A DNA stretch of 31,057 nucleotides, from IMG/VR virus record IMGVR_UViG_3300048578_000354, positions 1 through 31,057 of that record. One strand, written 5' to 3'. The translations under genes and the position numbers were made by a program. This DNA is from a virus (lineage: Duplodnaviria; Caudoviricetes). The notes below the pieces were generated by a model. That model saw nothing but the letters and a program-made list of their open reading frames with translations. It was not told the DNA's origin and made no database searches. Positions 1 to 8,266 of this stretch are shown here, one piece after another (the stretch's first letter is position 1; the number at the start of each line of letters is the position of its first letter).

Positions 1-603
1 ATGGCATCGACGGTTTCCATTTGCAATCTGGCCCTTGGCCATCTCGGCGCCGACAAGATCGACGCGCTTTCCGAGGCGAGCAGCGAGGCGCGGGCGTGCA
101 ATCGCTTTTATGGGCAGACGCTGGACGCGCTGCTGGCGGCCGGTCCCCCCTGGCGGTTCGCCCGCCATGCGACGGTATTGGCCGAGGTGACCGGCACGGC
201 GGCCGGGGCGGGCAGCCTCGGTCGCTGGGCGCATGCCTATGCGCTGCCGGTGGACCTGATGCGGGTGCGGGCGCTGCGGCCCTCCGACGGGCCGCTGTCG
301 GCCGAGGGCTCGTATCCTTATGAACTTTCCGGCGACCGGCTCCATGCCGACGTGGCGCCGGCCGTGCTCCACTACATCCGCCGGGTCGACGACGCCTCGA
401 AGTTTCCGCCGCTGTTCGTGGAGGCGCTGTCCTGGCACCTCGCGGCGCGCCTCGCCATGCCGCTGACGCGCGACGCCGGCCAGCGGCAGGCCGCCTTCCA
501 GATGGCCTTGCAGACGCAGGCGGCGGCCGGCGCCGCCGACGCCAACGACGAGCCGGCCGAGACGAGCTTCGTTTCCGACTACGAAAGGGCGCGCGGGGCA
601 TGA
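1..603 (+). CDS. Podovirus tail tubular protein A / head-tail adaptor (T7 gp11, P22 gp4-like)
   Basis: 200 aa. N-terminal ICNLALGHLG and C-terminal FPPLFVEALSWHLAARLA are typical of this family. Stop overlaps the next start (ATGA). Confidence 0.8.
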   Translation: MASTVSICNLALGHLGADKIDALSEASSEARACNRFYGQTLDALLAAGPPWRFARHATVLAEVTGTAAGAGSLGRWAHAYALPVDLMRVRALRPSDGPLSAEGSYPYELSGDRLHADVAPAVLHYIRRVDDASKFPPLFVEALSWHLAARLAMPLTRDAGQRQAAFQMALQTQAAAGAADANDEPAETSFVSDYERARGA

Positions 604-2696
604 CGCTCAGGGCCTATCAGCCTGCCTTCGTCGGCGGCGAGCTGTCGCCCGCCCTCTGGGCGCGGGTCGACACCAAGAACTATGCCGTCGGCCTGAAGAC
701 GGCGCTGAACCTGACCATCCAGGCGCATGGCGGGGCGAACAACCGCGCCGGCCTGGAGTTCGTGGGCGAGGTGAAGGCGAGCGGCCACCGGACGCGGCTG
801 ATCCCCTTCCAGTTCAACGAGAGCCAGTCCTACGTGATCGAGTTCGGCGAGGGCTCGCTGCGCTTCTGGCGCAATGGCGGTCTGATCATCGCCCCGGGCG
901 GCGGCATCTACGAGCTGGCCTCGCCCTACGCTTCCGCTGACCTCGACGAACTGGTGTTCGCCCAGGAAGCGGACGTGATGTACATCGTTCACCCGCGCCA
1001 CCCGGTGAAGAAGCTGTCGCGCTATGCCGACAACAACTGGACGCTGACGGAGCCGACCTTCGCGCCGGCCATGACGGCGCCCACCACCATCGCCGCGGCG
1101 GCGCAGAGCAGCACCTCCGGCCAGACCGGCTACAAGGCGCGCACCTATCGCTACAAGGTGGCGGCGGTGAGCGAGGCCTCCGGCGAGGAGAGCCTGCCGT
1201 CGGGCGAGGCATCCTGCGTCAACGACCTTTCCGTCGACGGCGGCATCAACCGGGTGACCTGGAGCGCGGTGACCGGCGCATCCAAGTACGTGGTCTACAA
1301 GTTCTCCAACGGCTCGTTCGGCTACATCGGCTCGACCACCGACCTCTTGCTCGACGACGAGAACATCACCGCCGACACGGCCGACGGGCCGCAGATCGGC
1401 CGCAACCCGTTCGACGGGCCGGGCAACTACCCGCGTGCCGTCACCTTCATCCAGCAGCGGCTGGCGCTGGCCTCCACCGACAGCGAGCCGCAGGCGGTCT
1501 ACCTCTCCCAGACCGCCAACTACGAGAACTTCGGCTACGCCTCGCCGGCAAAGGACAGCGACGCCATCACCTTCCGCATGCGGGCGCGGCAGGTGAACAT
1601 CGTGCGGTCCATGCTGGCGGCGCGCTATGGCCTCTTGCTCCTCACCTCGTCGGCCGAATGGGTGGTGACGGGCGGCTCGGCGTCGGACGCCATCACGCCC
1701 AGCGCCATCGTCATCGCCAACCAGGGCTATCGCGGCGCGGCGCCGGTGCAGCCGATCAACGTGGGCGAGACGGTGCTGTTCGCCCAGCGCTCGGGCGGGG
1801 TGATCCGCGACTTTTCCTACAGCTATGGCGACGACGCCTGGGTGGGCAAGGACCTGACCATCATGAGCCGCCACCTGTTCGAGAACCGCTCGATCAAGGC
1901 CTGGGCCTATGCGCAGGCGCCGAGCTCCATCGTGTGGGTGGTGCTGGACGACGGCTCGCTGGTGTCGCTCACCTACATGAAGGAACACGAGGTGTGGGCC
2001 TGGACGCGGCACGAGAGCGGCGCCGGCGCGGTGTTCGAGGACGTGACCACCATCGCCGAGAACGGCGAGGACGTGCCCTATTTCGTGGTGAAACGCACCA
2101 TCGACGGCGTGGCGAAGCGCTACATCGAGCGGCTGCATACCAGGGCCTTCGACCGGGTGGAGGATGCCTTCTTCGTCGACTGCGGCCTCACCTATTCCGG
2201 GCCGCCGGTGACGCGGCTGATCGGCCTCACCCATCTCGAGGGCTGCGAGGTGGTGGCGCTGTCCGACGGCAACGTGGTGCGCGGCCTGACGGTGGAAAAC
2301 GGCGCCGTGAGCCTGCCGGTGGCGGCCGCCAAGGTGCACGTCGGCCTGCCTTACGCGGCGGTGCTGCAGACGCTGGATCTCGACCTCGGCATGGTCCAGG
2401 ACATCGGCAGCGTGCAGGGGCGCTTCAAGTCGGTGTCGCGGGTGGTGCTGCGGGTCGAAAAGACGCGCGGCATCTTCATCGGCCCGCGCGACGAGGCGCG
2501 CGACGGCGAGCGCACCGTCGAGTTCAAGCAGCGCTCCACCGAGGCGTGGAACGAGGCGATCGGCCTTTACACCGGCGACATCGACATGGTGCCGCCGGCC
2601 AGCTGGAACCGGGCCGCCGGCATGTTCGTCAAGCAGTTCGACCCGCTGCCCATGTCGATCCTCTCGATCATGCCGGAGGTGACGCTTGGCCGGTGA
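600..2696 (+). CDS. Podovirus tail tubular protein B / nozzle (T7 gp12, P22 gp10-like)
   Basis: 698 aa. Motifs FVGGELSP, RLIPFQFN, QEADVMYIVHP, YPRAVTFIQQRL, WAWTRH, AFFVDCG, VHVGLPY. Lies directly after the adaptor. Confidence 0.88.
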   Translation: MTLRAYQPAFVGGELSPALWARVDTKNYAVGLKTALNLTIQAHGGANNRAGLEFVGEVKASGHRTRLIPFQFNESQSYVIEFGEGSLRFWRNGGLIIAPGGGIYELASPYASADLDELVFAQEADVMYIVHPRHPVKKLSRYADNNWTLTEPTFAPAMTAPTTIAAAAQSSTSGQTGYKARTYRYKVAAVSEASGEESLPSGEASCVNDLSVDGGINRVTWSAVTGASKYVVYKFSNGSFGYIGSTTDLLLDDENITADTADGPQIGRNPFDGPGNYPRAVTFIQQRLALASTDSEPQAVYLSQTANYENFGYASPAKDSDAITFRMRARQVNIVRSMLAARYGLLLLTSSAEWVVTGGSASDAITPSAIVIANQGYRGAAPVQPINVGETVLFAQRSGGVIRDFSYSYGDDAWVGKDLTIMSRHLFENRSIKAWAYAQAPSSIVWVVLDDGSLVSLTYMKEHEVWAWTRHESGAGAVFEDVTTIAENGEDVPYFVVKRTIDGVAKRYIERLHTRAFDRVEDAFFVDCGLTYSGPPVTRLIGLTHLEGCEVVALSDGNVVRGLTVENGAVSLPVAAAKVHVGLPYAAVLQTLDLDLGMVQDIGSVQGRFKSVSRVVLRVEKTRGIFIGPRDEARDGERTVEFKQRSTEAWNEAIGLYTGDIDMVPPASWNRAAGMFVKQFDPLPMSILSIMPEVTLGR

Positions 2697-3324
2697 ACCA
2701 AAGCAACTCCAGCAAAAGTGGGAACCGGTTTTGCGTCCGGAGTTGCGTGAGAGCGGGGAAGCGCAGCAACTCCAGCAAAAGTGGGAACCGGTTTTGCGTC
2801 CGGAGTTGCGTGAAAACAAAGGACCGGAGCGTGTCGGCGAACGTGAGTTCGTCCGGCATGGTCCGGACATCCAGATCGTGCCGGCGCGCGGCAAGCACTG
2901 CCGGTCGATCGCGAGGCGCATGCGGGTGGCCGACGTCACCGAGGTGTGGCGGGCCGGCCGGGTGGGGCCGGTCACGGCGCTCCGCCGGTCGATGCGGCAA
3001 TCCACCGCCTTCACCGTGCTGATGGATGGCCGGCCGGAGATCATGTACGGCGTTGGCGATCTCAACGTGCTCGCCGGCATCGGCGGCGTGTGGCTCTTGG
3101 GAACGGATGCCATCACGCGCAACTGGCGCTGGTTCCTGAGGGCGACGGCCGAAGGGCTGCCCGCCCTGTTCACCCGCCACGAGGTGCTGCGCAACGCCGT
3201 GGACCGCGAAAACGCCGCGTCGCTACGCTGGCTCAAATGGCTGGGCGCCACGTTTCTCACCGAGATCGACGTCCACGGCCACCCCTTCGTTCTGTTCGAG
3301 ATGAGGAAGCGCCGCGATGTGTGA
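2686..3324 (+). CDS. Phage GNAT-fold virion-assembly protein (T7 gp13 / P22 gp14 position) with a repeat-derived N-terminal insert
   Basis: TTG start with GGAGG at 2675-2679. C-terminal NAVDRENAASLRWLKWLGATF is a GNAT-like motif. Synteny between nozzle and internal proteins. Confidence 0.75.
   Translation: MAGEPKQLQQKWEPVLRPELRESGEAQQLQQKWEPVLRPELRENKGPERVGEREFVRHGPDIQIVPARGKHCRSIARRMRVADVTEVWRAGRVGPVTALRRSMRQSTAFTVLMDGRPEIMYGVGDLNVLAGIGGVWLLGTDAITRNWRWFLRATAEGLPALFTRHEVLRNAVDRENAASLRWLKWLGATFLTEIDVHGHPFVLFEMRKRRDV
2702..2866. repeat. Palindromic MITE-like element inside the CDS: two identical 49-bp units (2702-2750, 2765-2813; period 63) plus a third imperfect hairpin (~2825-2866)
   Basis: AGCAACTCCAGCAAAAGTGGGAACCGGTTTTGCGTCCGGAGTTGCGTGA occurs twice. 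Each unit has arms GCAACTCC/GGAGTTGC and GCAAAA/TTTTGC. Resembles dispersed Rhizobiales repeats (Brucella Bru-RS type). Confidence 0.85.
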
Positions 3325-3904
3325 TTTGGGAACCGCCTTGATGGTCGGCGGCGGGCTGTTGAGCGGCGCCGGCCAGATTTCCAGCGCCAACGCCCAGTCG
3401 AAAGCTGCCCGCTATAACGCCGAGGTGCAGCGCAACAACGCTATGCTGGCCGAGCGGCAGGCCAAGAACGTGCTGGAAGCCGGCATGCGCGAGGAGCAGA
3501 AACAGAAGGCCATGACGCAGCAGCTGATTGGCAAGCAGCAGGCGGCCATGGCCGCCAGTGGCGTCGACACGACCTTCGGAACGCCGCTCGACCGGATGGT
3601 GGACACCGCCATGCAGGGCGCCATCGACGACCTGACGATCAGGGTCAGCACATACCGACAGTACGACGACGTGCGCAATCAGGCGGTCAGCTACCGCAAC
3701 CAGGCGGCGCTCTACGACATGGAAGCCAAGAACAGCCGCACGGCGGGGATATTGGGCGCGTTCGGGTCGATGGCGTCGAGCTTCGGTAGCGCGTATTCGA
3801 ACGCGGTGAAGATGAATCCGAAGGTGAGTTCGAGCCCGATCACGAAGACAGCCGCATATAATGGCGGAAAAACGATGTACGGCGTCTACGATTATCCACG
3901 CTGA
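3317..3904 (+). CDS. Small internal virion / ejection protein (T7 gp14, P22 gp7-like)
   Basis: 195 aa starting MCD. Gly/Ala hydrophobic N-terminus, Gln/Ala-rich helical core, motif QQAAMAASGVD. Position after the GNAT gene. Confidence 0.75.
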   Translation: MCDLGTALMVGGGLLSGAGQISSANAQSKAARYNAEVQRNNAMLAERQAKNVLEAGMREEQKQKAMTQQLIGKQQAAMAASGVDTTFGTPLDRMVDTAMQGAIDDLTIRVSTYRQYDDVRNQAVSYRNQAALYDMEAKNSRTAGILGAFGSMASSFGSAYSNAVKMNPKVSSSPITKTAAYNGGKTMYGVYDYPR

Positions 3905-3939
3905 TCCGTGCTCGTCGTCCCGCCCCCTGCCGTCCTTCC

Positions 3940-4341
3940 CTATTGCATTCGCCGGCTGGGCGCCTCGGCCGGTTTGCGGGGTGGCGCCTTCTTGCCTTTC
4001 CGGTGGTTGGTTACCACGTCGAGCGCCGCCTGGAACGGCGCGGTGACGTTGCTCTCGAAAATGATGCGCTCCCGCTCGCTCATGCCGCGCGTGTAGGCTT
4101 CCAGAGAGGCGGCGTTCGCCGCCGCGCACGGGCCCTGGAGCAGTACCGTGGCGATCGTTCCGGCATCGGAAACCCGGTCGTCCACCTTCGCGACGTTCCT
4201 GTAGAGGCAGTTGACGAAGCGATTGACGCCGGCCGACTGCTCCGCCTCGCTGGCCGGCGGTGGCAGTGGCGTCGTGTTGCAGCCCGCCATGACGAGAAGA
4301 AGGGCAGTGATGCCGATGGTCTTCCTAAGGCACGCTCGCAC
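3940..4341 (-). CDS. Putative lipoprotein, convergent with the small ejection gene
   Basis: GTG at 4341 follows GGGAGG on the minus strand. Signal peptide MRACLRKTIGITALLLVMAG-C with a lipobox. The track start at 4404 is probably too long. Confidence 0.7.
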   Translation of the reverse strand: MRACLRKTIGITALLLVMAGCNTTPLPPPASEAEQSAGVNRFVNCLYRNVAKVDDRVSDAGTIATVLLQGPCAAANAASLEAYTRGMSERERIIFESNVTAPFQAALDVVTNHRKGKKAPPRKPAEAPSRRMQ

Positions 4342-4470
4342 GACGGATATCCTCCCAGCCGAATCCGCTCGCCCGACTATGTCGCGGAGAGGGCGAGGCG
4401 GCAACGGGATGCAACTTTCTTTTGCATCAGGGTGAATACGGCGGGGGAGATTGATATGGGCCTCTGCGAT

Positions 4471-4578
4471 TTCTCGTCCTGAGGTCCTGCGCCTGAAGCA
4501 CAGGGTGGCAACTAAATATATGTTTCAATTATATAATTCCGTCATCCTGCGCGCAGGCGCAGGACCTCAGGACGAGAA
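4471..4578. repeat. REP/REPIN-like palindromic element, copy 1
   Basis: Perfect 25-bp inverted repeat TTCTCGTCCTGAGGTCCTGCGCCTG (4471-4495 / 4554-4578) around an AT-rich core. Confidence 0.85.
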
Positions 4579-4666
4579 GTTGGGCGGGTGATATCGGGCG
4601 CCCGCCTCGCTTCGTCTGCGTGCGTTTCCACATCCACGGATTGCTGCGCCGTGCTACCAATCGGCC

Positions 4667-5560
4667 ATGTCTTTCGGCGTGTTCATTCACCGCTTCGATT
4701 CGATCTATGACGACAGCCCAGCTGAGCGCTATCAGTTCCCGGCGCAGTATCTCGGTCGCGTCAGCGCCTGCGTCGGCGACTGGATCGTCTATTACGAGCC
4801 GCGCAAGATCCGCGACACGCGCGGTTACTTCGCAATCGCCCGCGTGGCGCGCGTCGTTCCGGATGCGGCGGGCATGTATGTCGCCGAGATCGAGCCGGGC
4901 AGCTATCTCGATTTCGTCACTCCGGTGCCGTTCTCCGACGAGGGTGGGGTGATCGAACGCGGCGTTCTCAACGAGGACGGGCGCATATCCGGCCGCGCCC
5001 AGTCGGCGGTGAGGCCGATCAGTGCCGCCGATTTCGACCGCATCCTGGCGCGTGGTTTCCACGAGGCGCAGCCCGAGCTGCCGCGCATCGGTCCGATGCC
5101 GAATGCCGGCTTTGAAGACGGGCCGCAGGCGCCTTTCATCCTCGAGCAGCCGCGCCTGCGCGTCGAGCAGCTCGGCTCGCGCATCGTGCGAGACCGGTTG
5201 TTCCGGCGCGTGGTGCTCCGTGCCTATGACAAGCGCTGCGCCGTGACCGGCCTGAGGCTGATCAACGGTGGCGGACGGGCGGAAGTGGATGCGGCGCATA
5301 TCCGCCCCGTCGAAGCCAGCGGGCCGGATATCGTCAGCAATGGCCTGGCACTGTCCGGAACGGCGCACTGGATGTTCGATCGCGGCCTGATCAGCCTCGA
5401 CGACGATTTCGCGATCCTGGTGTCGCGGCACGTCAACGATCCCGACAGCGCGCGCGGCCTGATCAACCCGACCGGCCACACCATCGTTCCGCCACGCCCG
5501 TCGGACCGGCCCAGCCCGCATTTCCTGAAATGGCACCGGGACAACGTGTTCAAGGTGTAG
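4667..5560 (+). CDS. HNH endonuclease with an N-terminal putative DNA-recognition domain (putative type IV restriction enzyme)
   Basis: C-terminal CAVTG...AAHIRP...NGLALSGTAHWMFDRG is an HNH_2-type motif. N-terminal VGDWIVYYEP...YFAIARV is PUA/EVE-like. Confidence 0.85.
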   Translation: MSFGVFIHRFDSIYDDSPAERYQFPAQYLGRVSACVGDWIVYYEPRKIRDTRGYFAIARVARVVPDAAGMYVAEIEPGSYLDFVTPVPFSDEGGVIERGVLNEDGRISGRAQSAVRPISAADFDRILARGFHEAQPELPRIGPMPNAGFEDGPQAPFILEQPRLRVEQLGSRIVRDRLFRRVVLRAYDKRCAVTGLRLINGGGRAEVDAAHIRPVEASGPDIVSNGLALSGTAHWMFDRGLISLDDDFAILVSRHVNDPDSARGLINPTGHTIVPPRPSDRPSPHFLKWHRDNVFKV

Positions 5561-5564
5561 GATC

Positions 5565-6875
5565 TCACCCAGACACCGCGAGGCGCTCCGATCGCTTCAG
5601 GGCCGCGCTTTTCACCGTCGTGTGGATCGCCTCCGGGAAGCCCGGAGGTAGGGCCCTCTCCACCGTCTCGAAGGCGGGTTCGGTGGCGGCGCGCATTTCC
5701 TCCAGTGCCTCGCGAACCGTCGCGGCCGACAGGCCGGCCGCTTCGCCGGTTTGCAGGAAATGCCGGGCCTGGATGTCGGCCACGCGATAGTGGTTGCGCC
5801 GCCCGACCGACAGCGCCAGCTTCATTTGCTTCAGCTCGATCTCGCGGGCTGCGAGGCTCGGTTCGGCGGTGAGGATGTCGTAGAGCGGCGTCAGGCGGTA
5901 GCCGCCGCCGGGGCTGAGGAAGATCGAGACATTCTTGGCGTGGCCGTCGGTGGCGCCGATCAGCCAGAAGAAGATTTGCGCCTTGAAGACGGTCAGTCGG
6001 TCTTCGGTGGGCGTGTCGCTGCCGCCGAGGAGGTTGAGCACGTCGACGAGAGTCGGGCCGCCGTCGGCCTGATACTTGCGGGTCGGAGGGACAGAGAGGG
6101 CCTGGCAGCAATCTTCCTGTGGCAGGCGAAGGAGGCGGCCGTCGCGCGCCGAGAGGCGGTCGAAGCGCTCGATCACCAGCGCCGCCACGCCGCCGAAATC
6201 GGCCATATCGGCGCGGGCCGCCGGCAGGCCGAAGGCGGCGGCGAGCTTCAGGCAATAGAACTCGTTTTCGACGCTGTGCGTGAGATCGATGCCGCCGGAC
6301 AGGCGGCCGATGCGCGGCTTCAGGATGTGGGTGGTGGGCGTGGTGCCGAGCGGCTTCAGCCAGCGGCCCTCGTGGCGGAGGAGGGCGGTCTTCTCCTGGG
6401 CGCCAGCCACGGAAATGCGGAAGGGATCGTCGCGCGTGAGGCCGAGCGGCGCCTGGGCCAGATTGCCGAGGAGGTGGCCGATGGCATCGTCGTCGAGCGG
6501 CTCGCCCTCGATGAGACCGGCGGCGGGCACGTCGATGGTGTCGGGTACGAACTGCAGCGCGCCGACGCAGTCGCGGCCGATCACCGACAACAGGCTGAAG
6601 GCATCGATGCCGTCGGCGCCGACCCGCTCGGCCACGCGGCGACGCAGGGCGTCGACATCGGGCAGCAGGTTGTCGAACACCGCGGTGACGGGCGCGCCGC
6701 GATAGGCGTCCTCGCGCAGCGGCAGCGACAACGACACGGGAAGTGCGTTGTCCCATTCGAGCCAGCTTACATCGTAGCGGAAGCTGACGGCACCGCCGGC
6801 ATCCTTGGCGAGCTGGCCGACCAGCCGGTTGTTGAGGAGAACTCTGAGTGGCTCATGGGCCTTGCGGCGCGCCAT
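5565..6875 (-). CDS. hipA: HipA family toxin kinase
   Basis: RISVAGAQEK P-loop, THILKP, ERFDR, QEDCCQAL, DGHAKN, TPLYD, plus an N-terminal coupling domain (SLSLPL, FDNLLP). Confidence 0.95.
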   Translation of the reverse strand: MARRKAHEPLRVLLNNRLVGQLAKDAGGAVSFRYDVSWLEWDNALPVSLSLPLREDAYRGAPVTAVFDNLLPDVDALRRRVAERVGADGIDAFSLLSVIGRDCVGALQFVPDTIDVPAAGLIEGEPLDDDAIGHLLGNLAQAPLGLTRDDPFRISVAGAQEKTALLRHEGRWLKPLGTTPTTHILKPRIGRLSGGIDLTHSVENEFYCLKLAAAFGLPAARADMADFGGVAALVIERFDRLSARDGRLLRLPQEDCCQALSVPPTRKYQADGGPTLVDVLNLLGGSDTPTEDRLTVFKAQIFFWLIGATDGHAKNVSIFLSPGGGYRLTPLYDILTAEPSLAAREIELKQMKLALSVGRRNHYRVADIQARHFLQTGEAAGLSAATVREALEEMRAATEPAFETVERALPPGFPEAIHTTVKSAALKRSERLAVSG

Positions 6876-7126
6876 CAGAAGGCGTCCTCGATCGAGGCGG
6901 CCGTGCCCTTGCTGCGCGGGGCGAGACGGAACTCGAGATCGAGCGCGGCGATGACGGCGAGGATGGTGTCGATACGCGCGGCCGGATTGCCCGTCTCGAT
7001 CAGCGAGATGGTCTCCTGCCGGAGGCCGGCGCGATTGCCGAGCTCGGCCTGACTCCAGCCGAGCGCCTTGCGGGCGCGGCGGACGCCGTTGCCGATCTGG
7101 GCGGGGGTGCGGGCGAGGTCAGACAT
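6875..7126 (-). CDS. hipB: HipB-like XRE HTH antitoxin
   Basis: 83 aa with WSQAELGNRAGLRQETISLIETG. TGATG coupling to hipA. Confidence 0.9.
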   Translation of the reverse strand: MSDLARTPAQIGNGVRRARKALGWSQAELGNRAGLRQETISLIETGNPAARIDTILAVIAALDLEFRLAPRSKGTAASIEDAF

Positions 7127-7134
7127 AGGAGGAT

Positions 7135-7206
7135 TATGAGCTAAAGACGATAAATGCGCAATATCGGAAATGGCGCATAATTCGGAATTATGCGGTGAGT
7201 CCGATA
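7135..7206. promoter_or_regulatory. Three putative HipB operators TAT[CG]-N10-[CG]ATA
   Basis: 18-bp sites at 7135-7152, 7162-7179 and 7189-7206, exact 27-bp period, directly upstream of hipB. Same geometry as E. coli TATCC-N8-GGATA. Confidence 0.75.
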
Positions 7207-7269
7207 AGGCAGGCCCGTATCCTGCCGACTTCCGTTGCCGATTGGGCGCCCTATATCGGCCGGGAGTTT

Positions 7270-7400
7270 CGTTCTGCCTGAGGTCCTGCGCCTTCGCGCA
7301 GGATGACGGCTAAATATTTGTTTATAATATATAATCTGCCATCCTGCGCTTTAGGCTGCTTGCATTCGTGCGAATGCAAGGTGGATCTCGGGACGAGAAC
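7270..7400. repeat. REP/REPIN-like palindromic element, copy 2
   Basis: CCTGAGGTCCTGCGCCTTCGCGCAGGATGACGG, then an AT-rich core similar to copy 1, then a right arm with hairpin CTTGCATTCG-TG-CGAATGCAAG ending GGACGAGAA. Confidence 0.8.
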
Positions 7401-7425
7401 GCGAGCCGTTGGTATCAGGCTCCTC

Positions 7426-8040
7426 TCACGCCCCCAGCCCACGGCACGCCGCCCTGACCAGCCATTCGATCTGCGCTTCGAGCGCCGTCAGCGGGACCGC
7501 GACCAGGCGCTCTTCCAGGCCCAGGGTGACGATGCCGTGGACGGCGGCGAAGAGGGTGCGGGCGGCTAGGGTTTGTTGGGGTTCATCCATTTGGGGGACG
7601 AGGAGGGTGAGGGGTTCGGCGACGTGGCGGAAGAGGCGGAGCTGGTCGTCGGCGGCCCAGGCGGGGAGGGCGGTGCCTTCGGCGAGGCGGAGTTCGAACA
7701 GGGTGCGCCAGAGCCTCAGGTTGCCCTTGGCGAAATGCAGGTAGGCGTGGGCGATGGCGACGAGGCGGTTCACCGCGTCGGCCTTGGATTCGAGCGGCAG
7801 CGCGTCGGAGGCGGCGGTCAGCGCTTCGCCGAGGCGGCCGAGGGTGCGCGAGGAGACGCGGAGCGCCAGCTCGTCGAGGTCGGCGACGATGTTGTAGAGG
7901 CCGCCGAGCGCGATGCCGATGTCGGAGGCGAGGTCGCGCGCCTTGAGGCTGGCCATGCCCCCCTCGGCGATGCGGCGCTCGGCGGCGTCGGTGAGGGCGG
8001 CAAGCTGCGCCTGGCGCCGTTCGGAGAGGGGGGCATTCAT
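7426..8040 (-). CDS. TetR/AcrR family regulator (WHG-like C-terminal domain)
   Basis: N-terminal HTH (SLKARDLASDIGIALGGLYN), AYLHFA, FAAVHGIVTL. Divergent from aas. Confidence 0.9.
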   Translation of the reverse strand: MNAPLSERRQAQLAALTDAAERRIAEGGMASLKARDLASDIGIALGGLYNIVADLDELALRVSSRTLGRLGEALTAASDALPLESKADAVNRLVAIAHAYLHFAKGNLRLWRTLFELRLAEGTALPAWAADDQLRLFRHVAEPLTLLVPQMDEPQQTLAARTLFAAVHGIVTLGLEERLVAVPLTALEAQIEWLVRAACRGLGA

Positions 8041-8067
8041 CCGTCTTCACCTTGAAATCGCGAGGCG

Positions 8068-8137
8068 TGAACATCGTTCATTTTCATCTTGAACAACGTT
8101 CATATCTCCGCTATATCCATCTTGTGAACAATGTTCA
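8068..8137. promoter_or_regulatory. Three palindromic operators TGAAC-N3-GTTCA (likely TetR sites)
   Basis: TGAACATCGTTCA 8068-8080, TGAACAACGTTCA 8090-8102, TGAACAATGTTCA 8125-8137, all in the tetR/aas divergent gap. Confidence 0.8.
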
Positions 8138-8266
8138 TAGCACGGAGGCGGGGTGAGGTGAAGGGCTTGGCGGTGGAGCTTTTCCATCGTCATTTGCGTT
8201 TCACCTGCCGATCCGCTTCCCTGTTCCCACGGCCGTATCGCCCCCAAGGCCCTCTCGGGAGGTTCC

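Noticed and set aside
2702-2813. Possible CRISPR array (identical palindromic repeats)
   Set aside because: Only two 49-bp units with a 14-bp gap, lying inside a CDS, and no cas genes.
579-3260. 893-aa minus-strand ORF
   Set aside because: Antisense shadow of the nozzle and GNAT genes in high-GC DNA, with no recognisable motifs.
5224-7052. Long alternative ORFs 5224..6756 (-) and 5751..7052 (+)
   Set aside because: They overlap the clear hipA/hipB genes and are Arg-rich or antisense shadows.
8068-8137. GAAC/GTTC palindromes as SOS boxes
   Set aside because: Geometry is GAAC-N3-GTTC, matching neither the alphaproteobacterial direct repeat (N7) nor the Firmicute GAAC-N4-GTTC. Location fits TetR operators.
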